Origin: an uncultured Verrucomicrobiae bacterium
GTDB lineage: Bacteria; Verrucomicrobiota; Verrucomicrobiia; Chthoniobacterales; JAFAMB01
DNA: 64,000 nucleotides
Assembly (NCBI GenBank): GCA_963837955.1
Contig: CAWIPH010000001.1
Location: forward strand, 64,001 to 128,000
Reading direction: 5' to 3'
In this document: piece after piece, positions 36,686 to 46,940 of the stretch
How the letters are laid out: each line of letters begins with the position of its first letter
Numbering within the stretch: the stretch's first letter is position 1
Notes under the pieces: generated by a model
The model's database searches: none
Told to the model about the DNA's origin: nothing
The model's input: the letters and a program-made list of their open reading frames with translations, nothing else
Program-made: the position numbers and the translations under genes

Positions 36686-38859
36686 CGTAAGAATGCTTCC
36701 GGCAGGCCCCCATCGACCCCGATCACCTGACCGGTGGTTTTGCTCAGTCGATCTGACAACAACAGGAAATACGCCTCAGCTTGATCAGCTGGAGTAATCG
36801 GATTCTTGAGGAGACTTCGATCCGCATAGAATCGGGCCAGTTTGCCTACCAGTGTCTCGGTCGATTCATTCTCAGAAAATGGAACTTGATACTTTGCCAA
36901 GGACGAGATTACCCGGTCACGCGGAAACATCGTGCTTCCTTGCACGACGGTCGCCGGTGCAACACAGTTGACTCGGACCAAAGGCGCAAGCTCAATCGCA
37001 AGTTCCCGCACCAAGTGGTTAAGCGCAGCCTTGCTGGCGTCGTAAGCAAAACTCCCTTTTTTCGCGACGACAGCGTTAGCACTTGAAGTAAGAACGATCG
37101 AGCCACGCAGATTCTGTTCACGTAAAATCTTACCGGCTTCATCCGCCACAACGTAAGATCCAGTGACATTCACGTTCAAAGTGAGCTGAAACTTTTCATC
37201 CGGTATGCGCCCAGAGGCATCAGGCGGAATAAAAATTCCGGCCGTTACGACCAAAGTGTCCAGCCCGCCGTAGGCCAGTACAGCTTGGCGCAAAAGCCCG
37301 CGCACGGAGTCCCGATTCGTGATATCAGCGGCCAGTCCAACCGCCGGTCCGCACCCTGAAATTCCGGAACCAGCCACACCGATTCCCGACCCTAATTTGC
37401 CGGTAATCTCGGTCGCGGTCTGATCGGCCGCCGCAGCCGATAGATCGGCAGATATAACATGGCCACCCGCAACGGCTACGCGCATCGCCAGTTCCTTGCC
37501 AATCCCACTTCCTGCGCCGACGATGAGCACAATCCTGCGCGCAAGCTCATTTTCTGGCGGCATACGGCGCAGCTTGGCCTCTTCAAGCTGCCAATACTCG
37601 ATATCGAAGGCTTCCTGCTTCGGTAGCGCAATGTACCGGTCAATCGCTTCCGCACCGCGCATGACCTCAACAGCGCAATTGTAAAACTCTGCGGTCACCC
37701 GCGATTCGCTCTTATCTTTCCCCCAAGCCACCATGCCCAACCCGGGGATTAAGATCACCGTCGGATTTGGATCGCGAATGGGCGGAGAGTCCGGCCGCCG
37801 GCAGCTTTCATAATAGGCACGATAATCAGAACGATAATGCTCAATCCCTTCCGCCAGCAGGGATTTTAGCATTTTCAGATCGCGCGACCCGCAGTCCCAA
37901 TTTACATAGAGCGGCTTGATCTTCGTCCGCAGGAAGTGATCCGGACACGATGTACCCAGAGAAGCTAATCGTTCAGCGTCGTGGCTGTTGACAAAGCGAA
38001 GGATCTGTTCGTCAGCTTGGACCGTTCCGATGAACCGCCTTTGTTGGCTTACCTGTCCGCGCAGCCACGGTAACAACTGGGCGAGGAATTCCTCCCTCTC
38101 CGATTGGGTCAGTTGAGGGTGTTTTTCTCCTCCAAACGTATTGCTTCCTTTGTCTTTCGCAGCGATGAACTCGGCGGCCCGCTCAATCAGGGAAAGGGAA
38201 AGTTCGTAGCACTCCTTGTCGTCATTGGCCCAATTGATCAGCCCGTGTTGGCCAAGGATTGCGCCCTTCGCTTGCGGATGCGCTTTGCAAAATTGTTGAA
38301 GCTGCAGCCCGAGTTCAAACCCCGGCCGTTGCCAGGGCAGCCAAAAGACTTCGTCACCGTAGATTTCTTTCGTCAGTACCTCACCGTGCTCGGCTGCGGC
38401 GATTGAGATAACCGCATTGGGGTGGGTATGATCCACGTGCCGAAACGGCACGAACCCATGAAGAGGCGTGTCAATCGAGGCGGCTCGGGGATTGAGGTTA
38501 AACGTGCAGTGCGGATACGCGGCAACCATTGCGTCTTCTAACGGACTCTTTGCTCCCTTCTCGGCCGAGGCTTCATAGCTCGAACGCAGGCGCTCGAGCT
38601 TGTTCAGGTAGAGACTCGCGAAATTTTCTCGTTTCGAAGTGCGCAGATCACCGCCCGAGCCTTTAACCCAAAGCACCTCCACCTTTTCTCCGGTGAGGGG
38701 ATCGGATTGCAACAATTTGGCGGAAGTATTACCTCCGCCCGTGTTGGTGATGCGTTGATCAGAACCAAGGAGATTCGAACGATAGATAAGCCGATCGACT
38801 TCATCTAATCGGGTGGCAACAGCATCATCCCACAGATAATTCACATACCTCGTATTCAT
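36682..38859 (-). CDS. rhaEW: Bifunctional rhamnulose-1-phosphate aldolase/short-chain dehydrogenase
   Basis: GGGNTSAK, KGSGGDL, SIDTPLH, CPDHFLRTK and EYWQLEEAKL in the aldolase part; SDR domain with GAGSGIG and YDASK. Confidence 0.93.
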   Translation of the reverse strand: MNTRYVNYLWDDAVATRLDEVDRLIYRSNLLGSDQRITNTGGGNTSAKLLQSDPLTGEKVEVLWVKGSGGDLRTSKRENFASLYLNKLERLRSSYEASAEKGAKSPLEDAMVAAYPHCTFNLNPRAASIDTPLHGFVPFRHVDHTHPNAVISIAAAEHGEVLTKEIYGDEVFWLPWQRPGFELGLQLQQFCKAHPQAKGAILGQHGLINWANDDKECYELSLSLIERAAEFIAAKDKGSNTFGGEKHPQLTQSEREEFLAQLLPWLRGQVSQQRRFIGTVQADEQILRFVNSHDAERLASLGTSCPDHFLRTKIKPLYVNWDCGSRDLKMLKSLLAEGIEHYRSDYRAYYESCRRPDSPPIRDPNPTVILIPGLGMVAWGKDKSESRVTAEFYNCAVEVMRGAEAIDRYIALPKQEAFDIEYWQLEEAKLRRMPPENELARRIVLIVGAGSGIGKELAMRVAVAGGHVISADLSAAAADQTATEITGKLGSGIGVAGSGISGCGPAVGLAADITNRDSVRGLLRQAVLAYGGLDTLVVTAGIFIPPDASGRIPDEKFQLTLNVNVTGSYVVADEAGKILREQNLRGSIVLTSSANAVVAKKGSFAYDASKAALNHLVRELAIELAPLVRVNCVAPATVVQGSTMFPRDRVISSLAKYQVPFSENESTETLVGKLARFYADRSLLKNPITPADQAEAYFLLLSDRLSKTTGQVIGVDGGLPEAFLR

Positions 38860-40325
38860 GTCGTAATTTTGCGGAATCTTTCCTTCCCTTCCGACCAGGA
38901 ACCTGTCTCCTGCGGAGTGAACTCATCGATCGCATAGGAACGGCGGATCACCGCTCTCAACTCAGCAAGCGAACTCAGTTCTCCGGCAGCGATTGCTTGA
39001 ATTAAAAGGTTGCCCAATGCAGTCGCTTCAACCGGGCCAGCGGTTACCCGCAATCCTGAGGCGTTTGCGGTAAATTGGTTGAGCAGGCGATTCTGGCTTC
39101 CGCCTCCGACGACGTGCAGTACCTCAATTTTTTTGTTCAACAAGCTGCTGAGTTGGTCGAGCTGAGTCCCATAACTCAAAGCGAGACTCTCTAGGATACA
39201 CCGGGCCAAACTCGGGGCGTCGTCCGGGATCGGTTGGCTGGTTCGTTGGCAAAAAGACTGAATTTTTTCGATCATCTGTCCTGGCTTCAGAAACTCCGAA
39301 GCGTTGGGGTCAATCAATGATCTCAGCGGGGCTGCACTTTCTGCCGCGTGTACGAGATGGGCATAGTCGACCTCGCTGCCTCGCTGGATCATTTCTCGTC
39401 GCGTTTCCTGAAGTATCCAGAGACCGAGAATATTGCGGAGAAAACGGACAGTTCCTTCATGTCCGAGTTCATTTGTATAATTGGCAGCCATGAAGTCGGG
39501 CTCTAAGCGCGGCGCCAACAGCTCAACTCCGAGCAGGGACCACGTTCCGGAGCTGAGAAAGGCCCAATGCTCGCCCTCGGCCGGAGCGGCTGCGACTGCC
39601 GCACCGGTATCATGCGAACAGGTCGCGAAAATTGGGAAGGTTCCAAGTTCGGTTGCTATGCTCGGCGAAACTTTTCCGATCTGAGTCCCCGAGACTACGA
39701 CGGGTGGAAACAGCTGACGAGGCAGACCCAGCTCGTTCACCAGCGCGTCTGACCAATCGTTCAAGACCGGGTTAAAAATTTGCGTCGTACTCGCCAAGCT
39801 TCGTTCCATGACAGGCTCGCCGCTGAACAAATAATGAAGGTAATCAGCGATTCCCAGGAAGTTCCGGGCGAGGTCCACGAGTGGCCGGCGATGCAAGACG
39901 TCATCGTAGAGTTGGTAGACCGTGTTGATCTGCATGAACTGGACCCCAGTCTCACGAAAGATCAGTTCACGTCCCGCCTTCTTGAGAAATGCCGGATAGG
40001 ACTCATCCGTGCGACTGTCGCGGTAATGAAAAGGCGTTCCGAGCAACGGTTCGCTCTCCGAAAAATAAGCATAATCAACGCCCCAAGCATCTATGCTGAA
40101 TCCGTCGATCTGCGATACGCGCGTCTTTGCGGCTTTGACACCGTTCTGAATTTGGTCGAAAAACCGCAATAGGTCCCAGCGCAAAGATTGACCAAGGCGA
40201 GTGGGACCTGTGGGAAATCGATGGCATTCCTGTAGGCTAACCTTGTCGTCGACGAGGTGACCAAGCACAACACGGCCACTCTCAGCGCCGAGATCACAGG
40301 CGACATAATTTTTCGCGCTACTCAT
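38856..40325 (-). CDS. rhaB: Rhamnulokinase (FGGY family)
   Basis: DLGAESGR, WGVDY, HDTGAAV, SSGTWSLLG, TNELG and GPVEATALGN motifs. Confidence 0.93.
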   Translation of the reverse strand: MSSAKNYVACDLGAESGRVVLGHLVDDKVSLQECHRFPTGPTRLGQSLRWDLLRFFDQIQNGVKAAKTRVSQIDGFSIDAWGVDYAYFSESEPLLGTPFHYRDSRTDESYPAFLKKAGRELIFRETGVQFMQINTVYQLYDDVLHRRPLVDLARNFLGIADYLHYLFSGEPVMERSLASTTQIFNPVLNDWSDALVNELGLPRQLFPPVVVSGTQIGKVSPSIATELGTFPIFATCSHDTGAAVAAAPAEGEHWAFLSSGTWSLLGVELLAPRLEPDFMAANYTNELGHEGTVRFLRNILGLWILQETRREMIQRGSEVDYAHLVHAAESAAPLRSLIDPNASEFLKPGQMIEKIQSFCQRTSQPIPDDAPSLARCILESLALSYGTQLDQLSSLLNKKIEVLHVVGGGSQNRLLNQFTANASGLRVTAGPVEATALGNLLIQAIAAGELSSLAELRAVIRRSYAIDEFTPQETGSWSEGKERFRKITT

Positions 40326-40437
40326 GAGGGGGGGATCGGAAGGGTTTCAAGGCGCTGGGATTCGGAAACGTCTGCACTTTCTACTTGTACACCGAACGTT
40401 GAACGGAAGTCCATATACCGCATTCTTCCAATCCGGG

Positions 40438-41904
40438 TTAGGTCCCGATACGAAAACTTTCGAGTCCGAGGATCCGCGCAACTTTTTCAATTTCCTTTCC
40501 GACGTGGCCTACCCCAAGCGCGCAATGGTGAGTTGGCCCTTCCGTGCACCACGCGTTCATAAATTCGGCAGGCCCAACCGGGAATCGGATCCGGGAATTG
40601 GTGTTACCGATACGTAAGATCGGGCCAGGAATAGATTCTCCCTCGGATAAAAGTATCTTCAGGTTTCCTTTTCCGGTTTGGGTGAGGCTAAGAATCGTCA
40701 CCGGCCCCGTTTTCACGCGTGCTTCAACCGAAATGCCTTGCCCGCGCTTGCCGTGGTAGAGACCCAGACCGCGCAATGCCGGTTTACCTTCCGCGATCGC
40801 CAAATGAAACGGCCCATCGTGTCCCATCAAGAGGAATTGGTCGACAAAATCCATCGCATAGAGCTCGGTAAACGAGCCGCCGGCTTCCAAGCGATCCATG
40901 ATCAACATCGCGATAGCGTTCTTCGCGTCTCCCTCGCCGCTGCAAGGGATTCCGCGCCCGGTAAGCAACGTGTTTCCCAGAATCAACCCAGCGCCCAAAA
41001 CCTCCTGCGCGCTAGCGTCAGCCCCCCGATAGTAGTAGGACAGACCATCAAGCCGAAAATCAGTCACTAGGCGGTCTAAACCAGCGGCAACCTTGGCACT
41101 CCACCGCAATGCTTCTGGTCGAGGAGCTCTTGCCAATGGGTCGGCAGGGCTATCGCCGCTTATTTCGAATAAGTCACGCGTACGAGCCAGGATCGTTGCC
41201 ATCTCGCCGTCTGTTACCTGATCCACCCGAGTCTGAAGATCATCAATCTCGAGCAACTCGATATGAACGCCGGTCTGGCCGGTGATCATCGTGAAATCCG
41301 AATACATGTCCAACATGCCCGGATAGGTATGACCGAGGAAACCAATCCGACTGTGACGCAAGCTACGAGCAGCGGTTGCAGCCCTGATCCAGCCACGAAT
41401 CTCTCGCCAGGCAGCGACCCCTGCTGGGCCATCCTGTTCTCGCAGAAGCCCGCTCACCACATTGAAATCAATGCCGCAGCGAGCGAATGCGCAGGAAATT
41501 TCGGGGACACAGCAGGCGCAGCAGTTGGCCAACCATTCACTGGTGTCAGTCTTATCGTAATCAAGAGCGGGCACCGGCTGAAGATTGAGAATCAAGATTG
41601 GACATCGAAGACGCTGCACGGCGGGCACAACCTGAGATGAGGTAGCGTACGTTCCGACATAGCAGATCACCAGGTCGACATCTTCCCGGGAGAAGAGACT
41701 CCTGGCCTCCTGCGCCGCCAGCTGACTATCGACCAAGCCTGCCGACACGATATTGCATCCGGTGGCGCGGAGGTTCTGCTCTATCTCCTGTTGATAGCCC
41801 GTCAACCGCTCTTTCAAGCCTGGAAATTGGGCCCAATAAGCTTGCAACCCTATTCCAAAAATTCCGATTTTGGCCTGAGTAACGGACACTCTATCGGGGC
41901 TCAT
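40438..41904 (-). CDS. L-fucose/L-arabinose isomerase-family protein
   Basis: YWAQFPGL, YPGMLDMYSD, EGD, SFTE, MGHDGP and GPTHHCALG motifs. Start at MSPDR. Confidence 0.88.
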   Translation of the reverse strand: MSPDRVSVTQAKIGIFGIGLQAYWAQFPGLKERLTGYQQEIEQNLRATGCNIVSAGLVDSQLAAQEARSLFSREDVDLVICYVGTYATSSQVVPAVQRLRCPILILNLQPVPALDYDKTDTSEWLANCCACCVPEISCAFARCGIDFNVVSGLLREQDGPAGVAAWREIRGWIRAATAARSLRHSRIGFLGHTYPGMLDMYSDFTMITGQTGVHIELLEIDDLQTRVDQVTDGEMATILARTRDLFEISGDSPADPLARAPRPEALRWSAKVAAGLDRLVTDFRLDGLSYYYRGADASAQEVLGAGLILGNTLLTGRGIPCSGEGDAKNAIAMLIMDRLEAGGSFTELYAMDFVDQFLLMGHDGPFHLAIAEGKPALRGLGLYHGKRGQGISVEARVKTGPVTILSLTQTGKGNLKILLSEGESIPGPILRIGNTNSRIRFPVGPAEFMNAWCTEGPTHHCALGVGHVGKEIEKVARILGLESFRIGT

Positions 41905-41943
41905 TGGTCGCGGTTGTAGTTGTTGTGCTCTCCGTCGTGCTTG

Positions 41944-41996
41944 GGGACCCGTCAGACCCATGGGACTCATGAGACTCATGGGTCTTATGTATCCCA
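41944..41996. repeat. 9-bp degenerate tandem repeat (ATGGGACTC family)
   Basis: AGACCCATG GGACTCATG AGACTCATG GGTCTTATG; same family as 16355-16403. Confidence 0.7.
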
Positions 41997-42008
41997 AGCG
42001 ACACCGTA

Positions 42009-42968
42009 TTATTTGAGCAGCGCGCTGACATCCGCAGCAGTAATCAGCTTTACCGGAACGTAGACTTCCCGGTTAGCTGGATTGCTATATTTCACCTTGT
42101 CGCCCTTCATCAGTGTGGAAGCTAGATCAACCGTCATCTTTCCCATCTCCTTTGGCACCTGTTGAATGGTGGCACCCAACTGCCCGGCCTTGATCGCTTG
42201 AAGCGCGATTTCGTCTCCATTAAAGCCGACGATGTAAATGTCCTTTACCCCGCTCTTGCCGGAGTCCGCCACCGCCTGAGCCGCACCGACAGCCATCGGA
42301 TCATTGCCGCAAAAGATGGCAGCTACATCGGGATGTGCGGAAAGAATATCTTTGGCCACTTTATAACCTTCCTCTTGTTTACTGTTGGCTGAGAGCGACG
42401 CGACCACCTGATACCCCAATTCTTTGATGTGTTTCTCGAAGCCAGTGTTCCGTCGCGCGGCATACACGGCGCTCGGTTCACAGGAAATCGACGCCACTTT
42501 CTTACTAGCCGATGATTTTTGTTTGAGGACCGAGTCGATGTGGTCGGCTGCGATCACGCCGCCTCTTTCGTTGTCGGAGATTACGATTACATCGTAGTCC
42601 GTTCCCCCACCCCCAATGTCATCGATGACCACCGGAATCTTTTTCGCTTTGGCGGCATCGACAATCGGGCCCAACGCATCGGGTTTGAAAGGAGAGATGA
42701 TCAATGCGCTGATTCCTTGATCGAGTAAATCCTGAGTCGCCGATACCATGGTCGATTCACTGCTTTTTTGGTCGACCAGGACGTACTCAAAGCCGGCGGA
42801 TTCAGCGGCTTCTTTGGTTCCCTTTTCCATGTCTTGGAAGAATCCGTACTGCATGTCGTAGACGGAGAAACCGATCTTCTTCTTAGCGGGGGCTGCGTCG
42901 GCAGGAACTGCAGATAAAAGAACACAAATAGTTGAGAGAATAGTTAGGACTTTGGGGGGTTGTTCCAT
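42009..42968 (-). CDS. Sugar ABC transporter periplasmic binding protein (RbsB-like)
   Basis: Signal peptide; SDNERGG, NDPMAVGA, VGFNG and TIQQ motifs. Start at MEQPP. Confidence 0.92.
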   Translation of the reverse strand: MEQPPKVLTILSTICVLLSAVPADAAPAKKKIGFSVYDMQYGFFQDMEKGTKEAAESAGFEYVLVDQKSSESTMVSATQDLLDQGISALIISPFKPDALGPIVDAAKAKKIPVVIDDIGGGGTDYDVIVISDNERGGVIAADHIDSVLKQKSSASKKVASISCEPSAVYAARRNTGFEKHIKELGYQVVASLSANSKQEEGYKVAKDILSAHPDVAAIFCGNDPMAVGAAQAVADSGKSGVKDIYIVGFNGDEIALQAIKAGQLGATIQQVPKEMGKMTVDLASTLMKGDKVKYSNPANREVYVPVKLITAADVSALLK

Positions 42969-43027
42969 AAATAACGGTTTTGGGGGTGGTTGATGGTTTG
43001 AACGGAAAGATTCTTGCGATTGCCAGA

Positions 43028-44107
43028 TTAAGAGCCAGGCCGCTGACGCCGGTTCCAGCGTTCGACGAGGCGCTGGCGAATGCCTTCGACGGAAAGCGCC
43101 AGCAACAAAACCAGACCAACGGCTACGCGTTGGACGAACGCGTCGACGTGATTGAGGTTGAGAACGTTCGATAAAGTAGCGAAGAGGATGGCCGCCGCGA
43201 CCGTCCCGACCATACTGCCGCGCCCTCCAGCCAGACGGGTTCCGCCTAACACGACAGTAGCGATGACATTCAGCTCGAACCCAGGTTCGAGGCCGGGTCC
43301 CGCCGAGTAAAGACGCGATCCGAGAAGCGCGGCGCCAAGACCCGTGAAAAGCCCGACAACAACAAAAACGAACAATATTGTTCGACCCACTGGAACGCCG
43401 GCGGCATGAGCGGCCCTGACGTTTGATCCGATGGCGAAGACATACCGACCGAAAGACGTTCGGTGCAGCGTAAAGGCTCCGATTGCGGCACAAAATAAGA
43501 ATAGAATAAAAGGGACAGGAATGTTCCCGACTAGTCCGTTTCCCCACCAGACGAAATCTTTACCGTTGAAACGCGCGGTTTGTCCGTTGGCAAAAATGAA
43601 CGTCAGGCCGCCGATAAGAAACATTGTGCCAAGCGTCGCGATGAAGGCCGGGATCCGAACCAAAACGACCAAAGAACCGTTTAACAATCCCACGATACCG
43701 CCGATTGCTATAGCCGCGACAAACGCCGGTAAAACACCAAAGTGACCGGCAATTGAGACAGCCGTCCAAGCGCTAAGAGCCTGAGTAGATCCAACCGACA
43801 AATCAAAGGTCCCGGCGATAATGGCGATAGTCATCCCAACCGCAGCAACACCGACAAACGCGCTTTGGCGAAGAACGCTGGCCAAATTGTCCAGATTTGC
43901 GAAACGGGGCGTAGCCATGGCGGCAAGAATCCAGACCACGACCAAGACCGTGGCGATCCCAAATTTTTCCCAGAGAAGATCCCAATCGAGATTACGCATC
44001 GCCCTCCGGGCAGGCCGAACTTCGTGAGTCACGGGTTGATCCGTTTTGACGGGGCGCACGGTTCGCAGTTGGTTCGCTCGTTTAACCGGTAGAACAGGAT
44101 CGATCAT
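43028..44107 (-). CDS. Sugar ABC transporter permease
   Basis: DLSVGS, PAFIATLG, FGRYVFAIGSN and VVLGGT motifs. The true start may be downstream (MRNLD). Confidence 0.92.
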   Translation of the reverse strand: MIDPVLPVKRANQLRTVRPVKTDQPVTHEVRPARRAMRNLDWDLLWEKFGIATVLVVVWILAAMATPRFANLDNLASVLRQSAFVGVAAVGMTIAIIAGTFDLSVGSTQALSAWTAVSIAGHFGVLPAFVAAIAIGGIVGLLNGSLVVLVRIPAFIATLGTMFLIGGLTFIFANGQTARFNGKDFVWWGNGLVGNIPVPFILFLFCAAIGAFTLHRTSFGRYVFAIGSNVRAAHAAGVPVGRTILFVFVVVGLFTGLGAALLGSRLYSAGPGLEPGFELNVIATVVLGGTRLAGGRGSMVGTVAAAILFATLSNVLNLNHVDAFVQRVAVGLVLLLALSVEGIRQRLVERWNRRQRPGS

Positions 44108-44136
44108 TTGTTAAGTCGATTCAGCAGTCGGACTAT

Positions 44137-45084
44137 CTAGGATGCCGCTCGATTCGGCGCCTGACGGGCTGCTAGCGCCTCAAGCGTCAGAGCTCCGAGA
44201 AGCAGCAATCCGAGGGTAACGTTTTGGTAGAAGACAGAGACGTTCAGCAGATTTAATCCATTGTTAATAATGGCGACCAACAGACTCCCGAGTAATGTCC
44301 CCGGCACTGAGGCTCTTCCTCCGGTCAACGGCGTGCCCCCGAGAACTACCACAGCGATCGCCGATAACTCCAAACCGGTAGCCAACCGACCGTTTCCGGT
44401 CAGGACCTGGGCACTCAGGATGAGTCCGGACAATGCCGCCGTCGCGCCAACAATGGCGAAAACTCCCCACAAGACATAGGTCGTGCGCACGCCGACGCGC
44501 CGTGCGGATTGGATGTTGCTACCGGTAGCGAGAATGTGCCGGCCAAAGCGAGTCTGGCCGAGAAGCAGACTGAACAACACCGCCAGTGCCAACGCGAGAA
44601 GAACTGGTGTCATTCCGCTCGATAAAATTTTGTACTCAGTTCTCCCAAACAGGTAGATGTCTCGGCCTCTGGTGTAGATGAGTGCTGCTCCCCGTACGAT
44701 GGTGAGCATGCCCAGAGTAGCAATGAACGCTGGAACCCTTAGCTCAGTCACGATGAGGCCGTTCACCCAGCCAATCAGCCCGCCGCTCAGGACTCCCAAA
44801 GCGATAGCCGGCATCACGCCGATCTGTGGGACGAGACTCATGGTGATACACCCCGCGAACGCAGCAGTTGAGCCAACCGAGAGGTCGAAATTCCCGCTCG
44901 CGATCGCCAGAGTCATCCCCAAACCGACAATCGCGACGACGCTGGCACTCGTGCATACGTTCAGGAGATTGTTCGGGCTCAGAAACGTCGGTGTCAGGAG
45001 GGCAAATGCGGCGCCGACAAGTAAGAGTGTCACCCCGACCGGCGAGAAACGAAAAAGGGCCCAAACCGCGCGCTTAGAGACCAT
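44137..45084 (-). CDS. Sugar ABC transporter permease
   Basis: DLSVGS, PAFIATLG and ELSAIAVVVLGGT motifs. Confidence 0.92.
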   Translation of the reverse strand: MVSKRAVWALFRFSPVGVTLLLVGAAFALLTPTFLSPNNLLNVCTSASVVAIVGLGMTLAIASGNFDLSVGSTAAFAGCITMSLVPQIGVMPAIALGVLSGGLIGWVNGLIVTELRVPAFIATLGMLTIVRGAALIYTRGRDIYLFGRTEYKILSSGMTPVLLALALAVLFSLLLGQTRFGRHILATGSNIQSARRVGVRTTYVLWGVFAIVGATAALSGLILSAQVLTGNGRLATGLELSAIAVVVLGGTPLTGGRASVPGTLLGSLLVAIINNGLNLLNVSVFYQNVTLGLLLLGALTLEALAARQAPNRAAS

Positions 45085-46621
45085 CTGTAATCTCCATGGG
45101 TTTCGGTTGAACTGCGACTCGGTGGGACAGACCCGTTGCTACTTCCATCACGGCTTCCTGTGTGACCTGGCTTCCGGAGAGCTCTCTGCGGGGCTCCCCA
45201 GCAACAAATACGATACATCGATCAGCGAGTCGGATCAGTTCGGGAAGCTCGGAAGTTTGCAGGATAATCGCGATGCCTTTTTCAACCAGCTGGTCTATCA
45301 ATGCGTATATCTCTGCCTTGGCGCCGACATCGACTCCTCGGGTCGGCTCAGCCAGTAGCAGAACCCGGCACTTCTCCGCCAGCGCTCGAGCAAGAATTAC
45401 TTTCTGCTGATTGCCACCGCTCAGACTGTTGATTCGCTGCTCCGGCCGGCTAAATCGGATATTCAGTTGCTGCTGGTAATCGAGGGTTACTCGTCGCTCA
45501 CTGGCGAGGTCGAGAATTCCGGGAACAGAGGAGAACAGACGGGGCAGCGCTCCAATAGTGAGATTTTGGATTACCGGCAGATCTGGGAACAAGCCGCTCT
45601 GTTTGCGATCCTCTGGCACGAGACCGATCCCGGTTCGAATTGCTGCTCGAGGATGCTCCACGCGTAGGGGCCGGCCGGCCAACGTCACGCTCCCGCTCGT
45701 GATTTTCCGAAGGCCAAACAAGCCTTCCATTAGTTCGGAACAACCGCTACCCATGAGCCCGGCCAGAGCGAGTACTTCCCCGCGACAAAGAGAAAACGAA
45801 ACATTGCGAACCAATCCCCCCTCCACAACGAGGTCTCTGGTTTGCAAAATGGTTTCCGAGGGCGTTCGACTTGGGCGGTTCAGGTGAACAAGCTCGCGCC
45901 CTACCATCGCAGCAACGACTTGCTGTTCCGTGGTATCGGTTCGCCGGGTCGTCTGAATATGCCGGCCATCACGGAAAACCGTGATACGATCGGCTACGGA
46001 AAAGACCTCAGTTAACCGATGGGAAACATAAATAACGGAAACCCCACTCGCAGCGAGTGATCGGACGATTTCCAACAGGCGAACCACTTCGCGCTCGTTT
46101 AGCGCAGCGGTCGGTTCGTCCATGATAATGATCCGCGCCTTCACTGAAAGCGCCCGGGCGATCTCGACGAGTTGTTGCTGACTGACAGCAAGGTCGCTGA
46201 CCGGAGTGGCCGGATCGATGTCCAGATTCAGCGTTTGCAGAATCTGCCGCGTATTTCGATTCATCGTTTCCCAATCGATAAGTGGCCCGCGCCGGGGCTC
46301 TCGAGTGACGAAGACGTTCTCGGCTACACTCAAATGCGGCAGAAGGTTGAACTCCTGAAAAATCACACTGATACCTGCCTGTTGCGAACTAAGCGGGTTC
46401 GCAAATGTGACAGGTCGCCCGTCAACGAGAATCTGACCCGCACTCGGTTGGGAAACACCGGCGAGAATACTGATCAACGTGGATTTACCAGCTCCGTTTT
46501 CTCCGACCAGTGCGTGCACTTCTCCTGGTAGAATGTCAAAATCAACGGCGTCCAACGCGAGAACTCCGGGAAATCGGCGACTTAACTTTTGGACAGCGAG
46601 AACGGAAGGGCTTTCGGGCAT
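45074..46621 (-). CDS. Sugar ABC transporter ATP-binding protein (two ABC domains)
   Basis: GENGAGKST, DEPT and LSGGNQQK motifs. Confidence 0.95.
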   Translation of the reverse strand: MPESPSVLAVQKLSRRFPGVLALDAVDFDILPGEVHALVGENGAGKSTLISILAGVSQPSAGQILVDGRPVTFANPLSSQQAGISVIFQEFNLLPHLSVAENVFVTREPRRGPLIDWETMNRNTRQILQTLNLDIDPATPVSDLAVSQQQLVEIARALSVKARIIIMDEPTAALNEREVVRLLEIVRSLAASGVSVIYVSHRLTEVFSVADRITVFRDGRHIQTTRRTDTTEQQVVAAMVGRELVHLNRPSRTPSETILQTRDLVVEGGLVRNVSFSLCRGEVLALAGLMGSGCSELMEGLFGLRKITSGSVTLAGRPLRVEHPRAAIRTGIGLVPEDRKQSGLFPDLPVIQNLTIGALPRLFSSVPGILDLASERRVTLDYQQQLNIRFSRPEQRINSLSGGNQQKVILARALAEKCRVLLLAEPTRGVDVGAKAEIYALIDQLVEKGIAIILQTSELPELIRLADRCIVFVAGEPRRELSGSQVTQEAVMEVATGLSHRVAVQPKPMEITDGL

Positions 46622-46940
46622 CTGGGCTCAGGTGGTTAGGGAGATCTCCCCATAACTGTCGTCATCGCATTGCAGTCTCGCAGCTGGCGGCTGAGTCAGT
46701 GAATCATACAAGGTCTGTCGGTATTTTCGTAAGCTCGTAGGAATGCAATTCGAGTTTGTTGCGCCCAATCTAACACCGGGGACTTCGGGGGAATTCGCAC
46801 CCAGCGTAAGCGAGACGCTGTTTAAACGGAATAGACAAAATGACGAAATTCATATAATAAATGACACAGTTTGCCTGCCGTAACCTCGGAGACATTATGC
46901 CCAACGAACACCCACCGGCGGAGGTGGATCGCAGCTCTCC

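Noticed and set aside
42969..43547. Long N-terminal extension of the 512-aa binding-protein ORF
   Set aside because: It overlaps the permease in another frame. The signal peptide begins at MEQPP (42968).
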